This document shows positions 19,508 to 29,092 of a stretch of DNA of 64,000 nt, one piece after another. The first letter of the stretch is position 1. Each line of letters begins with the position of its first letter. This DNA comes from an uncultured Cytophagales bacterium (GTDB lineage Bacteria > Bacteroidota > Bacteroidia > Cytophagales > Bernardetiaceae), in the NCBI GenBank assembly GCA_963761725.1, contig CAVXHP010000006.1:317534-381533 (forward strand), given 5' to 3'. The notes beneath the pieces were generated by a model, which saw only the letters and a program-made list of their open reading frames with translations, ran no database searches and was not told the origin of the DNA. Both the position numbers and the translations under genes were made by a program.

Positions 19508-20704
19508 ATGCTAAAAACAGAAGAAGAAAGTCTTACAAATCAAACTTATTTTACAGAACCATTGCAGACAAAAATATCTGTCTGGGATAAATCTGTCAAA
19601 GTGGAAGAAAATGGATATTATTGGAAAAAAGATCCTGTTTTTCAAAAAGGAAGTGATATTTTATCTACAAAACCTAGTGTCGTAGAGTTATTTTGTGGTT
19701 GTGGAGGAACTTCATTAGGTTTTGAAATGGCTGAATTTGAGATTGTATTGGGTTGTGATATTCATACTCCCTCTATACAAACTTTTAAAAAAAACCACCC
19801 TTCTGTTTCAACAATAACAGGAGATATAAAAAATGTTGATCCTAATGTAATTAAAGAATTATTAAATGGTAAAGAGCTTGATGTTCTGATTGGAGGTATT
19901 CCTTGTCAAGGATTTTCATTGAATAATCGTAAAAGACACGAAGATGATGACAGAAATTTTATGTACAAAGAGTTTATGAGATTTGTAGAAATTCTTCAGC
20001 CCAAAGTTGTTGTGTTAGAAAATGTTTCAGGAATGCAAAGTACAGGAAATTTTGTTCATCAGATTGAGGAAGAATTAGGAAAAGTAGCTAAAATGAATGT
20101 AAAAAGTAAACTTCTTTACGCTCCTGATTATGGAGTTCCACAAAGAAGAACTAGACTTGTATTTGTTGGAATTAAAGAACAAGAATTTGATTTTGATAGT
20201 ATTATAAAAACTCATGGAATAGATAAAGATAATCCTTATGTTACAATAAAAGAAGCTATTGGCGATTTACCTTCTCTAAAGCCTAAAGAAACAAAAGAAA
20301 ATTATAAAACAGAGCCTTTTTCTCAATACCAAAAACTAATGAGAAAAGATAAATCGGATAAACTAACTTGTCATACTGCCCCAAATCATCCTAAAAGCAC
20401 AATAGACAGAATTAAGAATACAAAACCAGGCGAACCTATGTATCCAAAATTTAAACAGAGAATTAGGCTAGACTGGGATATACTTAGTCCAACACAAGTT
20501 TCTGGAGGTATTAGACCTCAATTTCAGCTTGGACATCCAGAAGATAATAGAGGATTAACAATTAGAGAACGTTGTAGAATTCAAAGTTTTCCAGATAATT
20601 TTGTAGTAGAAGGTGGAATTGTTCAAGGAAGAGTACAAACAGGAAATGCTGTTCCTCCTTTATTAGCAAAAGCAGTAGCATTAGCAATTAAAAAATATTT
20701 ATAA
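19508..20704 (+). CDS. DNA (cytosine-5)-methyltransferase
   Basis: Motif I ELFCGCGGTSLGF, motif IV GIPCQGFS, motif VI ENV and QRRTR. Confidence 0.85.
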   Translation: MLKTEEESLTNQTYFTEPLQTKISVWDKSVKVEENGYYWKKDPVFQKGSDILSTKPSVVELFCGCGGTSLGFEMAEFEIVLGCDIHTPSIQTFKKNHPSVSTITGDIKNVDPNVIKELLNGKELDVLIGGIPCQGFSLNNRKRHEDDDRNFMYKEFMRFVEILQPKVVVLENVSGMQSTGNFVHQIEEELGKVAKMNVKSKLLYAPDYGVPQRRTRLVFVGIKEQEFDFDSIIKTHGIDKDNPYVTIKEAIGDLPSLKPKETKENYKTEPFSQYQKLMRKDKSDKLTCHTAPNHPKSTIDRIKNTKPGEPMYPKFKQRIRLDWDILSPTQVSGGIRPQFQLGHPEDNRGLTIRERCRIQSFPDNFVVEGGIVQGRVQTGNAVPPLLAKAVALAIKKYL

Positions 20705-21936
20705 TGAAATATAGAATTTGGTACAGTACAGAGAGTTTTGCAGATTTTATTATCGCTAATACAAATCTAAAGAACAAAATATATACAAAGAAAAAAATGT
20801 ATGAAAGTGATGCTAACAACTCTAAAAACTTTCATACAATGCCTGACCACATTAAGAAGATATTATACCTAGATGCACCTGATTTAATTATTGAAATAGA
20901 TCATGAGCCTATTTTTTCAGTAGAAGTATCTACTGAAGCAGGTACAGGACATAATGTTTTTCAAAGATTTGCTCGTCTTGCTGCATCAGTAGAAAATAAT
21001 GTACCTTCTTTTTATATTTACCCAGAAGCTGTCATAATAACAAGACAAAATACTCCCCCAAGATGGGATAAAATAAACCCTCTAATTTTTAAGGCTTTAG
21101 ATGACGTAATGAGTATTTACAAAATACCTTCATTATTTTATTACTTCCCAACAGATTATCAGACAAATCCTAACGCAAATAATTCTAGTAATCTATCAAA
21201 TAAAGGTGTTAAATATGACCAAAATAGAAATTATGCAGGAAGTCCATTAGCAACAGATTCAGAAATGCAACTCATGTTTTCTGCTATGAATGAAATTATT
21301 GATGTAGTAGAAAACCAAGGAGTAATTAGAGGAAGAGAAAATCTATTGAGTAAACGAATTATGATAGATAGAAGAACTTTTATGAATCAAGAATTTATAG
21401 CTAAAGGAGGCACAATGAATACTTCTCCATTATCTGCAACCTTAAAAATTTCAACTCAATATTTATTGAATTACTTGAGAAAACATGAAAATAGGCAGTA
21501 TCAAATAGGAGAATTACTTAAAAGTAGAGATGAAACAATCATCTATAAAGTAGATGCAAAGTTTAGAGGTGATCCTTATCCTGGTGCTTTGGCTGCCATC
21601 GATTATTTATTATGTCGTGAAGGTAAATCATTTGAAGAAAGAAAATACAATTTAGTTATGGTTTGGGGAAATCTTACGATTGATGATGTAAACAAAACAC
21701 TAAATATTACAAGTACAAAAAGTACAATCAATGATTTTGTAACGTCAGTTCAAGCAAGTGAAAACAAAAATATTTTATCAAAAGAATACAATCAATTATC
21801 AAATCAAGAAATTCCTAGATACTACATGCAAGTGAGATATGGTTCAACTTACTCTAAAGTAAAACATATTAGAGTATATTCTTATTTTGCTGATGCAATT
21901 TTATTTCCTGATGGTGCTCTATGGAGAGATGCGTAA
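20704..21936 (+). CDS. putative type II restriction endonuclease (partner of the m5C methyltransferase)
   Basis: Start overlaps the methyltransferase stop (ATGA). 410 aa with no known family. Has an LDAPDLIIEID...EVSTE region. The call rests mainly on context. Confidence 0.4.
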   Translation: MKYRIWYSTESFADFIIANTNLKNKIYTKKKMYESDANNSKNFHTMPDHIKKILYLDAPDLIIEIDHEPIFSVEVSTEAGTGHNVFQRFARLAASVENNVPSFYIYPEAVIITRQNTPPRWDKINPLIFKALDDVMSIYKIPSLFYYFPTDYQTNPNANNSSNLSNKGVKYDQNRNYAGSPLATDSEMQLMFSAMNEIIDVVENQGVIRGRENLLSKRIMIDRRTFMNQEFIAKGGTMNTSPLSATLKISTQYLLNYLRKHENRQYQIGELLKSRDETIIYKVDAKFRGDPYPGALAAIDYLLCREGKSFEERKYNLVMVWGNLTIDDVNKTLNITSTKSTINDFVTSVQASENKNILSKEYNQLSNQEIPRYYMQVRYGSTYSKVKHIRVYSYFADAILFPDGALWRDA

Positions 21937-22130
21937 TGAGAGAAGAACAAATAACAAAAAACATACTGGATTGGCTAGAAGAAAATGATTGGTTTATTAT
22001 CTGTTACGATTTTCCACAAAGTGGTACTGGAATTATGTTGCATCAAAATATAGCACATAGAGTTTCAAAAAATAAAGGTGGAATTATTCCAGATATAATC
22101 GCTGTAAAATCAAATAGCTTTATTTTTTGA
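21921..22130 (+). CDS. small ORF, possible nuclease remnant (GGIIPDIIAVK)
   Basis: 69 aa, overlaps the end of the putative endonuclease gene and ends near the island's right junction. The PD..K-like motif is reminiscent of Vsr/PD-(D/E)xK. Speculative. Confidence 0.2.
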   Translation: MERCVMREEQITKNILDWLEENDWFIICYDFPQSGTGIMLHQNIAHRVSKNKGGIIPDIIAVKSNSFIF

Positions 22131-22423
22131 AAATAAAGATAGATTTTATCAATTTGATTTTGACAAACTTCATAGAAATAAAAACTCAACAAAATTATTC
22201 TGAATCTCTTGCTAGTTTACTCTCAAAATAATTTACAAATTTATTATGGTATTGAATTGATAAAGCAAAAGAAATAGATAAAGCATTAAATCATTTAAAG
22301 TAATTAGGTCAAAGTCTGATTACAGACTATTGACAAAGCTCAAGTAATTTTTACATAAAAAACACATGCAACTATGGCACTAACAGAACAAGAAATTGAA
22401 AAAATAATCGTTCGTTACATAAT

Positions 22424-22502
22424 TTCCTTCCAGCAAATTGGAAACGAACGAATAGAGAAAAATTTGTTTCCTACGGAAGTTTATAAGCCTAAAGTGGTTT
22501 AA
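22424..22502. repeat. diverged direct-repeat copy of the mnmA 3' end (matches 19293-19372, ~76/81 identical)
   Basis: tttccttccagcaaattggaaacgaacgaatagagaaaaatttgtttcctacggaagtttataagcctaaagtggtttaag versus the authentic mnmA end. Confidence 0.85.
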
Positions 22503-22552
22503 GATTTTGATTACTGAATAGTTTACTTTTAGTAAACTGTTTGGTATTTTTA

Positions 22553-22590
22553 TAATAACAAAAAAAGGACAATGTGTAGATTGTCCTTTT
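22553..22590. terminator. bidirectional rho-independent terminator (aaggacaatgtgtagattgtcctttttt)
   Basis: Hairpin with an A-run upstream and a T-run downstream. Sits downstream of the minus-strand gpx gene. Confidence 0.6.
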
Positions 22591-22639
22591 TTGTTTTTGA
22601 ATAGTATCATTTGATTATAAACAGCTCCTGAACACCATT

Positions 22640-23209
22640 TTATAATTTCTCTACAATTTCCATTGGGTTCATTCTTGAGTTATAGAACTGAACTGTTTTT
22701 CCGTCTTCGCTTACTACATATTTACAGAAATTCCAAGAAGGCTCTTCACCTGTTTTTTCTTTCAACCAAGTAAATAATGGCGCACGGTCATCTCCTGTAA
22801 CAGAAACCTTTGAAAACATATCGAAATCTGCACCGAATTTAGACGAACAGAATTCTTTTATTTCTGCATCTGAACCTGGCTCTTGTCCACCAAAGTTATT
22901 AGCTGGAAAACCCAAAACGGTAATTTTGTCGCTATATTTTTCTTTTACATTTTGCAAGTCTTCGTACTGAGGAGTAAAACCACATTTTGAAGCTACATTG
23001 ACAATCATTAGTTTTTTACCTTTGTATTTTGACAAATCAACGTCGTTTCCGTCAATGTCTTTTACCTTAAATTCATAAACTGTTTCGGCAGATGTTGGGT
23101 TTGTAGTCGTCATGTCTGATGCGTTTGATGTTTTTGGTGTGTTATTGCAGCTTGCTAATAATAAAATTAGTGAGCCTAAAAGAAATACATTTGAAAAAAG
23201 AGTTTTCAT
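22640..23209 (-). CDS. glutathione peroxidase-family lipoprotein
   Basis: VASKCGFTPQYEDL and FPANNFGGQEPG are the GPx signature, with Cys in the peroxidatic position. Lipoprotein signal LLASC. Confidence 0.85.
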   Translation of the reverse strand: MKTLFSNVFLLGSLILLLASCNNTPKTSNASDMTTTNPTSAETVYEFKVKDIDGNDVDLSKYKGKKLMIVNVASKCGFTPQYEDLQNVKEKYSDKITVLGFPANNFGGQEPGSDAEIKEFCSSKFGADFDMFSKVSVTGDDRAPLFTWLKEKTGEEPSWNFCKYVVSEDGKTVQFYNSRMNPMEIVEKL

Positions 23210-23315
23210 TTTTTGTAGAATTAATAAGAAGTAAAAATTTAATTTAATTATAAGCTAAACGTTTGAATAGATTTGAATGTTTGCTTTGACTAATTTGTTT
23301 TTGAAATAATAATGC

Positions 23316-23354
23316 AAAAAACCATTCTTCTTTTGTGAAAAATGGTTTTTTTTT
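23316..23354. terminator. rho-independent terminator (aaaaaaccattc...gaatggttttttttt)
   Basis: Hairpin plus T-run downstream of the minus-strand YeeE gene. Confidence 0.55.
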
Positions 23355-23450
23355 ACTTTTCCATTATCAATGTCTGGTTACAGAAGATTACTAAGGGAAA
23401 AATTTTATTTTGTACTTTGTTCGTTTCTGAGGAAACACACACACTTTATA

Positions 23451-23810
23451 TTAATGAGGCAAACGCTCTCTCAAAAGTCCATACGTCCAAGTTCCGAAAA
23501 CAGCACTCAAAAGAGTAACCAAAATAACCGTTGCACCTGTTCCGATTTGAGCAAACAAAGGACCTGGACAAGCTCCTGTCATTGCCCAACCCAAACCAAA
23601 AATAAGTCCTCCGTAAATTTGACCTTTATTAAATACTTTATCTTTAAAAACTATTTTTTCACCTGATAAAGTTTTGATATTTAATTTTTTGATGATAAAA
23701 ACAGAAATCATTCCTACCAAAACAGCCATTCCGATAACACCGTACATGTGAAACGACTCTAAACGAAACATTTCTTGTATTCTAAACCAACTAATTATTT
23801 CAGCCTTCAC
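23451..23810 (-). CDS. YeeE/YedE-family (TsuA-like) sulfur-compound transporter, C-terminal-type half
   Basis: GLGWAMTGACPGPLFAQIG is the conserved Cys motif of YeeE/YedE. Confidence 0.7.
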   Translation of the reverse strand: MKAEIISWFRIQEMFRLESFHMYGVIGMAVLVGMISVFIIKKLNIKTLSGEKIVFKDKVFNKGQIYGGLIFGLGWAMTGACPGPLFAQIGTGATVILVTLLSAVFGTWTYGLLRERLPH

Positions 23811-24030
23811 AAAGACAATTCCGAAGGCAATACCAACAAATAAATATTTTAAATTATGATACCATTTTTCTACCTTTTCACTTTCATTGACACAAATAGC
23901 ATCCTTTCAACGAGTTGTGTCCGCTATCGTTTCCTGAAATTGTAGTGTTTGATTTTTCATTATTATTACTTTTACTGGATGAGAAATATTTTTTACAGAG
24001 ATTATAGAGAGATATAAATAGACACATTTT

Positions 24031-24594
24031 TTATAAAGCTAAGATTAAAGGTAAAATAAGGTTTGCCATAATAAATCCACCTACCATAAAACAACAAGTA
24101 GCTATTAAAGAAGGAAGTTGGAGTGTCAACATTCCCATAATAGCGTGTCCACTTGTACAGCCACCTGCGTAACGAGTTCCAAAACCTACTAAAAAACCTC
24201 CCACTACCATCAGTAAAAAACCTTTCAATGTAAATAAACTTTCCCAATTCATAATGTCTAAAGGAACAAGATTAGAGTAATTAGTAATTCCATATGTAGC
24301 CAAATCGCTCTGTAAATTTGGTGCAATCTGAATGGCATCTGGATTAGTCAGAAAATTAGCTGCAATTACGCCACCTAACAAAACTCCTACTACGAAGAAC
24401 AAATTCCATATTTCTTTTTTCCATTCATAATCAAAAAACGGAATTTTGGCAGGAATGCACATCGCACACACATGACGCAAAGAAGAACTAATCCCAAAGG
24501 ATTTATTACCAATAATCAAAAGCACAGGAACAGTTAAGCCTACCAAAATACCTGCCACGTACCACGACCAAGGTTGTGTTATAAAGTCTATCAT
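24031..24594 (-). CDS. YeeE/YedE-family transporter, N-terminal-type half
   Basis: FGTRYAGGCTSGHAIMGM motif in a multi-TM protein. Confidence 0.7.
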   Translation of the reverse strand: MIDFITQPWSWYVAGILVGLTVPVLLIIGNKSFGISSSLRHVCAMCIPAKIPFFDYEWKKEIWNLFFVVGVLLGGVIAANFLTNPDAIQIAPNLQSDLATYGITNYSNLVPLDIMNWESLFTLKGFLLMVVGGFLVGFGTRYAGGCTSGHAIMGMLTLQLPSLIATCCFMVGGFIMANLILPLILAL

Positions 24595-24694
24595 TTTTAA
24601 AAATTAAGATTATTGATTTAGCTTTTAGCTGGTTGTTTTTTAGAAACCTATAAGGTTTTGAAAACCTTATAGGTTTGAAAATTTAATTATTTAT

Positions 24695-26113
24695 TTAGCA
24701 AGAGTTTTGCTCTGACAAACGAAATTTGAAGTAGGAATAGCTTCTTGTTTTTCTATTTGCTCCAAAACCACCTTCAATTTCTGTAAAATTACGATAGCCT
24801 CTTGCTTGTAAAATACTTGCAGCAATCATCGAACGATAGCCACCTGCACAGTGCATAAAGAAATGCTCATCTGGATTAATATCTCTTACCCAATCATTGA
24901 TAAAATCTAATGGTTTGTTGAATGCTTCTTCTACGTGCTGGGCTGCGTATTCACTTTCTTTTCTAACATCAACAACTTTACTTGTTTCTTTATCAAACTT
25001 TTGAGCAAATTCTTCAGGAGAAATTCTATTGACAGTATCAACTTCTTTTCCTTCTGCTTTCCATCCTGCAAAACTACCTTTGAGATAACCCAAAACATTA
25101 TCAAAACCTACTCGGCTAAGTCTAATGATTGTTTCTTCTTCTCTTCCTTCATCTGTAATGAGCAAAATAGGCTGTTTTACGTCCATAATCATCGCACCAA
25201 CCCAAGGAGCAAAACCTCCATCAATTCCGATATTGATAGATTGAGGAACAAAACCTTGATAAAACTCTTTTGGATTACGTGTATCCAAAATAAGCGCACC
25301 ACTTTCTTCGGCTGCTACTTCAAAAGCATTCGGTTCTAACGCCTGTTTGCCTTTTTCCATAACATCTTCCAAACTATCATAGCCTTTTTTGTTCATCGCT
25401 ACGTTCATTCCGAAATACCCTGGAGGAGGCAAAAGTCCGTCTGTAACTTCATTTACAAATTCTTGCTCTGTCATATCTGCACGAAGTGCATAATTGAGTT
25501 TTTTCTGCTCTCCAATAGTAGAAACGGTTTCTTTACTCATATTTTTTCCACACGCACTACCTGCTCCATGTGCTGGATAAACGATAGTTTCGTCTGGCAA
25601 AGTCATAATTTTATTTCTAAGCGAATGATACAAAATACCTGCTAAATCTTCTTGCGTCATATCGGCTGCCTTTTGTGCCAAATCTGGACGACCTACATCA
25701 CCAATAAAAAGCGTATCACCAGAAAAAATAGCGTGTTCTTTTCCGTCTTTATCTAAAAGCAAATAGGTTGTACTTTCCATTGTATGCCCTGGTGTATGTA
25801 AGGCTTTAATGGTAATATTTCCTACTTTGAATGTTTGTCCGTCTTCTGCAATAATTGCATCAAATTCGGGTTCTGCTGTTGCTCCATAAACGATTGGTGC
25901 ATTTGTTTTTTTAGATAAATCTAAATGTCCAGAAACAAAATCGGCATGAAAATGCGTTTCGAAAACATATTTTAGTTTTACATTATCTTTTTCCAAACGG
26001 TCAAGATAAGGTTGTACTTCACGAAGTGGGTCAATGATAGCCGCTTCGCCATTTGAAGTAATATAATATGCTCCTTGTGCCAAACAGCCTGTATAAATTT
26101 GTTCTATGTTCAT
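24695..26113 (-). CDS. MBL-fold metallo-hydrolase (persulfide dioxygenase-like) fused to rhodanese domains
   Basis: ETHFHADFVSGH metal-binding motif. C-terminal rhodanese active site FFMHCAGGYRS. Confidence 0.8.
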   Translation of the reverse strand: MNIEQIYTGCLAQGAYYITSNGEAAIIDPLREVQPYLDRLEKDNVKLKYVFETHFHADFVSGHLDLSKKTNAPIVYGATAEPEFDAIIAEDGQTFKVGNITIKALHTPGHTMESTTYLLLDKDGKEHAIFSGDTLFIGDVGRPDLAQKAADMTQEDLAGILYHSLRNKIMTLPDETIVYPAHGAGSACGKNMSKETVSTIGEQKKLNYALRADMTEQEFVNEVTDGLLPPPGYFGMNVAMNKKGYDSLEDVMEKGKQALEPNAFEVAAEESGALILDTRNPKEFYQGFVPQSINIGIDGGFAPWVGAMIMDVKQPILLITDEGREEETIIRLSRVGFDNVLGYLKGSFAGWKAEGKEVDTVNRISPEEFAQKFDKETSKVVDVRKESEYAAQHVEEAFNKPLDFINDWVRDINPDEHFFMHCAGGYRSMIAASILQARGYRNFTEIEGGFGANRKTRSYSYFKFRLSEQNSC

Positions 26114-26313
26114 AATATTGTATATTTTGATTTTTCTTTTGAGATAATTGAGATTAAAAAAGTTCTTACAACTTAGTTATACGTTTTTTTCTTGTTATAA
26201 GATACTACAAAATTAAGGTATAAGTTGTTCGTGTAGAGTTACTTTTGTTACAGAACTATTTTTTTATGAAATTTTTTAATATAATTATTTACATTTAGAG
26301 TTTTTTCAATACA

Positions 26314-27141
26314 TTAAAAAAACAATTCTTTTAATAGAATATAGCTTCCCATTATCAGTACAAACCAACCAAAAATAGGTTTTAGTTTTGCTCCGTCAAT
26401 CTTTTTTGAAATAGCCATTCCTATAAAAATTCCTAATACAGACATAGCAGAAAGTATCAAAAGTAGTTTCCAATCGGTTTGTATTTGATTTTGAGAAACC
26501 AAAAAGCCAAAAAGAGAATTGAGTGTAATAATAGTAAGTGATGTACCAATAGCTTCTTTCATTTCCAAACCAAGCAGAAAAACTAAAGCAGGAATAATAA
26601 TAAATCCACCTCCAGCACCCACCAAACCAGTAATGACACCTACAATCAAACCTTGCAGAATAACCATTGGATAATTAAAACTTGTTTTTTCTTGATTGAT
26701 TTTATCTTCTTTAGTCGGATTTATTTCTTTTGATTTCTTGGCAGAATTTGATTTAATCATCTTATAGGAAGCCAAAATCATTAGAATAGCAAAAAGAATC
26801 ATCAAAAAAATTCCTTTTGTAAGGATAAAACTTCCGCTACTAAAAATTTCATCTGGAATAGCAGGCACTAAATACTGTCTGGTCAAGAAAACTGAAAAAA
26901 TAGATGGAATACCAAAAACAAAAGCCGTTTTGAGCTTGACCAAACCTTGCTTGAAATAATTAAATGCACCTACACTACTTGTCAGACCGACCACAAAAAG
27001 AGAGTAAGCCGTCGCCACAACGGGTTCAATATGAAAGAGATACACCAAAACAGGAACAGTCAGAATACTTCCACCTCCTCCGATTAGTCCAAGAGAAATA
27101 CCAATAAAAATAGCAGCAAAATAACCTATAAATTCTATCAT
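26314..27141 (-). CDS. TauE/SafE-family sulfite exporter
   Basis: 275-aa polytopic protein with the duplicated 4-TM TauE architecture and Gly-rich GGGGS/GAGGG segments. Confidence 0.75.
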   Translation of the reverse strand: MIEFIGYFAAIFIGISLGLIGGGGSILTVPVLVYLFHIEPVVATAYSLFVVGLTSSVGAFNYFKQGLVKLKTAFVFGIPSIFSVFLTRQYLVPAIPDEIFSSGSFILTKGIFLMILFAILMILASYKMIKSNSAKKSKEINPTKEDKINQEKTSFNYPMVILQGLIVGVITGLVGAGGGFIIIPALVFLLGLEMKEAIGTSLTIITLNSLFGFLVSQNQIQTDWKLLLILSAMSVLGIFIGMAISKKIDGAKLKPIFGWFVLIMGSYILLKELFF

Positions 27142-27268
27142 AATTGTTGAAATTAAATATTTTTTTTCTACAAAAATGAGGTTTTAAAAGTGGTTTGTCA
27201 GCTACTTTTGTTACAGAGTTTAGCGTATTGTAATTTTATTTCTACCTAATTCTACTACTCCATTGTTT

Positions 27269-27838
27269 TCAAGTTGCTTTAAGTAGTCTTGAAACGACTA
27301 CTCTAGCTGTGGCAAGTTCGTTGGCAAGTTGCTCGTGTGTTATCAAAATGGTTTTTGAACTTGTGAGTTCTGCTTTTTTGTGTAAAAGATTTAGAAGGCG
27401 TTCATCTACTTTTTTGAAAGCCATTGCGTTTACAACATCTAAAAGTTCCTCAAAACGCTTGTGATATAACCTAAAAATATAATCCAACCATTCGGGATAT
27501 TCTTTGATAAACAATATTACTTTATCAATTGGTAGAAACAAAATTTCTGCATCTTCTTCTACTTCTGCTCTTACCTTACTGGCTTCATTGTGCATTCCTC
27601 CTAAAAAAGACATAATACAACTTTCTCCTGACTTGATATAATACAAAAATATTTCTCGTCCGTCTTCTTCCGTTCGAATAACTCTAATACTTCCACTTGC
27701 AATAATAGGAATAGAACGAATAGAAGACTCTTCTTCCAAGATTACGTCGCCTACTTTGTAGTTTTTGATGATGCTATTATCGTATAGCTTTTGAGTAAGC
27801 TCTGGCGAAGTATTGAAATTAGTGAAGGTTTGTAGCAT
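27269..27838 (-). CDS. Crp/Fnr-family transcriptional regulator
   Basis: cNMP-binding beta-roll region followed by the C-terminal HTH ITHEQLANELATARVVVSRLLK. Confidence 0.8.
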   Translation of the reverse strand: MLQTFTNFNTSPELTQKLYDNSIIKNYKVGDVILEEESSIRSIPIIASGSIRVIRTEEDGREIFLYYIKSGESCIMSFLGGMHNEASKVRAEVEEDAEILFLPIDKVILFIKEYPEWLDYIFRLYHKRFEELLDVVNAMAFKKVDERLLNLLHKKAELTSSKTILITHEQLANELATARVVVSRLLKAT

Positions 27839-27978
27839 TGCTTTTTTATTTTATCTGTTTTTGATTTTTATTCTTAAGGTAGTATAAAATTATGTAGTTC
27901 ATTAGTTGCTTGGATAGAAGTTTTTGTTGTAAAAGAACTCATTCTTGGTTTTAAAATATAGAGAATGAAAGTTGGAAG

Positions 27979-28986
27979 CTACAAAATCACAAAAATAGAA
28001 CCCACAGAAATCAAAACCCATAAAGTAATACCCAATACTAACGGTCGCCAGCCTACTTTCTTGATTTTTTCGATTGATAAACTAAGACCAATCAAAAAAA
28101 GTGTAGTAACAAGTAATTTTTTGGCTACCCAAACCAAATACGAAGAATATTCACTTACAAAAGGAATATAGGTGTTTATCAAAATAGCTAGTACAAAAAG
28201 TCCGATGAAATAAGGAATGGCAATTTTGGGAGTTTTATTTTTTGTTTTAGTATTTTCTTCTACATTACTCTCAACTTCATTTTTTACATAGAATCTTGAA
28301 ACCAAAACAGAAAGCAGAACTAATGGAATAATCCACAATGCACGAACGAGCTTTAAAGTAGTTGCAATCTTCAAAGACTCTTCACTAAAAGTAGCTGCTG
28401 CACCCACTACCGAACTCGTATCATGAATAGCAATAGCAACCCACATTCCAAAATCTTGAGGAGAAAGATTGAAAAAATGCCCCAAAACAGGAAAAATAAG
28501 TAATGCCACAGAATTAAGAAGAAAAACAACACCCAAAGAAATCGAAATATCAGAATTATCAGCATTAATGACAGGCGAAAAAGCAGCAATGGCACTACCC
28601 CCACAAATAGCCGTTCCTACTGTGATAAGACTAGCTAATTTGTTCTCTACCTTTAAGATTTTACCTAAAAAAAGACCAACTCCCAACGTAAAAAATATAC
28701 TTCCTATTACCAAACCTATTCCGTTCTGACTTGCCGAAATTGCTGTCTCTACATTAAGTCCAAAACCCAAACCCACAACGGCAATTTTCAAGAGCTGTTT
28801 GGTAGCCTTTGCTGTTTGTTCTGGAAAAGGATTTTTGAGGAAATGAGCAAATAAAAGTCCTACTACAAGTGCAATCGGACTATTTACAAAAGGAAGCCAA
28901 CATGCCAGAAGACAAGCAAAAAAGAGAATCGGAATGAGTTTGTTTTTCAAAAGTAAGTGTTTTTGTGCGTTTTGTAGAAGATACAA
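27979..28986 (-). CDS. YeiH/UPF0324-family membrane protein (putative sulfate exporter family)
   Basis: 335 aa, about 10 TM helices. Context fits the sulfur cluster. Family assignment is tentative. Confidence 0.5.
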   Translation of the reverse strand: MYLLQNAQKHLLLKNKLIPILFFACLLACWLPFVNSPIALVVGLLFAHFLKNPFPEQTAKATKQLLKIAVVGLGFGLNVETAISASQNGIGLVIGSIFFTLGVGLFLGKILKVENKLASLITVGTAICGGSAIAAFSPVINADNSDISISLGVVFLLNSVALLIFPVLGHFFNLSPQDFGMWVAIAIHDTSSVVGAAATFSEESLKIATTLKLVRALWIIPLVLLSVLVSRFYVKNEVESNVEENTKTKNKTPKIAIPYFIGLFVLAILINTYIPFVSEYSSYLVWVAKKLLVTTLFLIGLSLSIEKIKKVGWRPLVLGITLWVLISVGSIFVIL

Positions 28987-29092
28987 ATTTACTCACTTTT
29001 ATTCACAAAAAAACCTATAAAGATTTTATAGGCTTTTAAATCATAAATTGAGTTTCTGCACAGATTAGAAAGTCTGTGATACACACCTAATT

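Noticed and set aside
23811-24030. The two YeeE/YedE ORFs as a single frameshifted gene.
   Set aside because: Each half has its own conserved Cys motif and a plausible start. Split YeeE/YedE pairs are common, and the 220-bp spacer argues against a simple indel.
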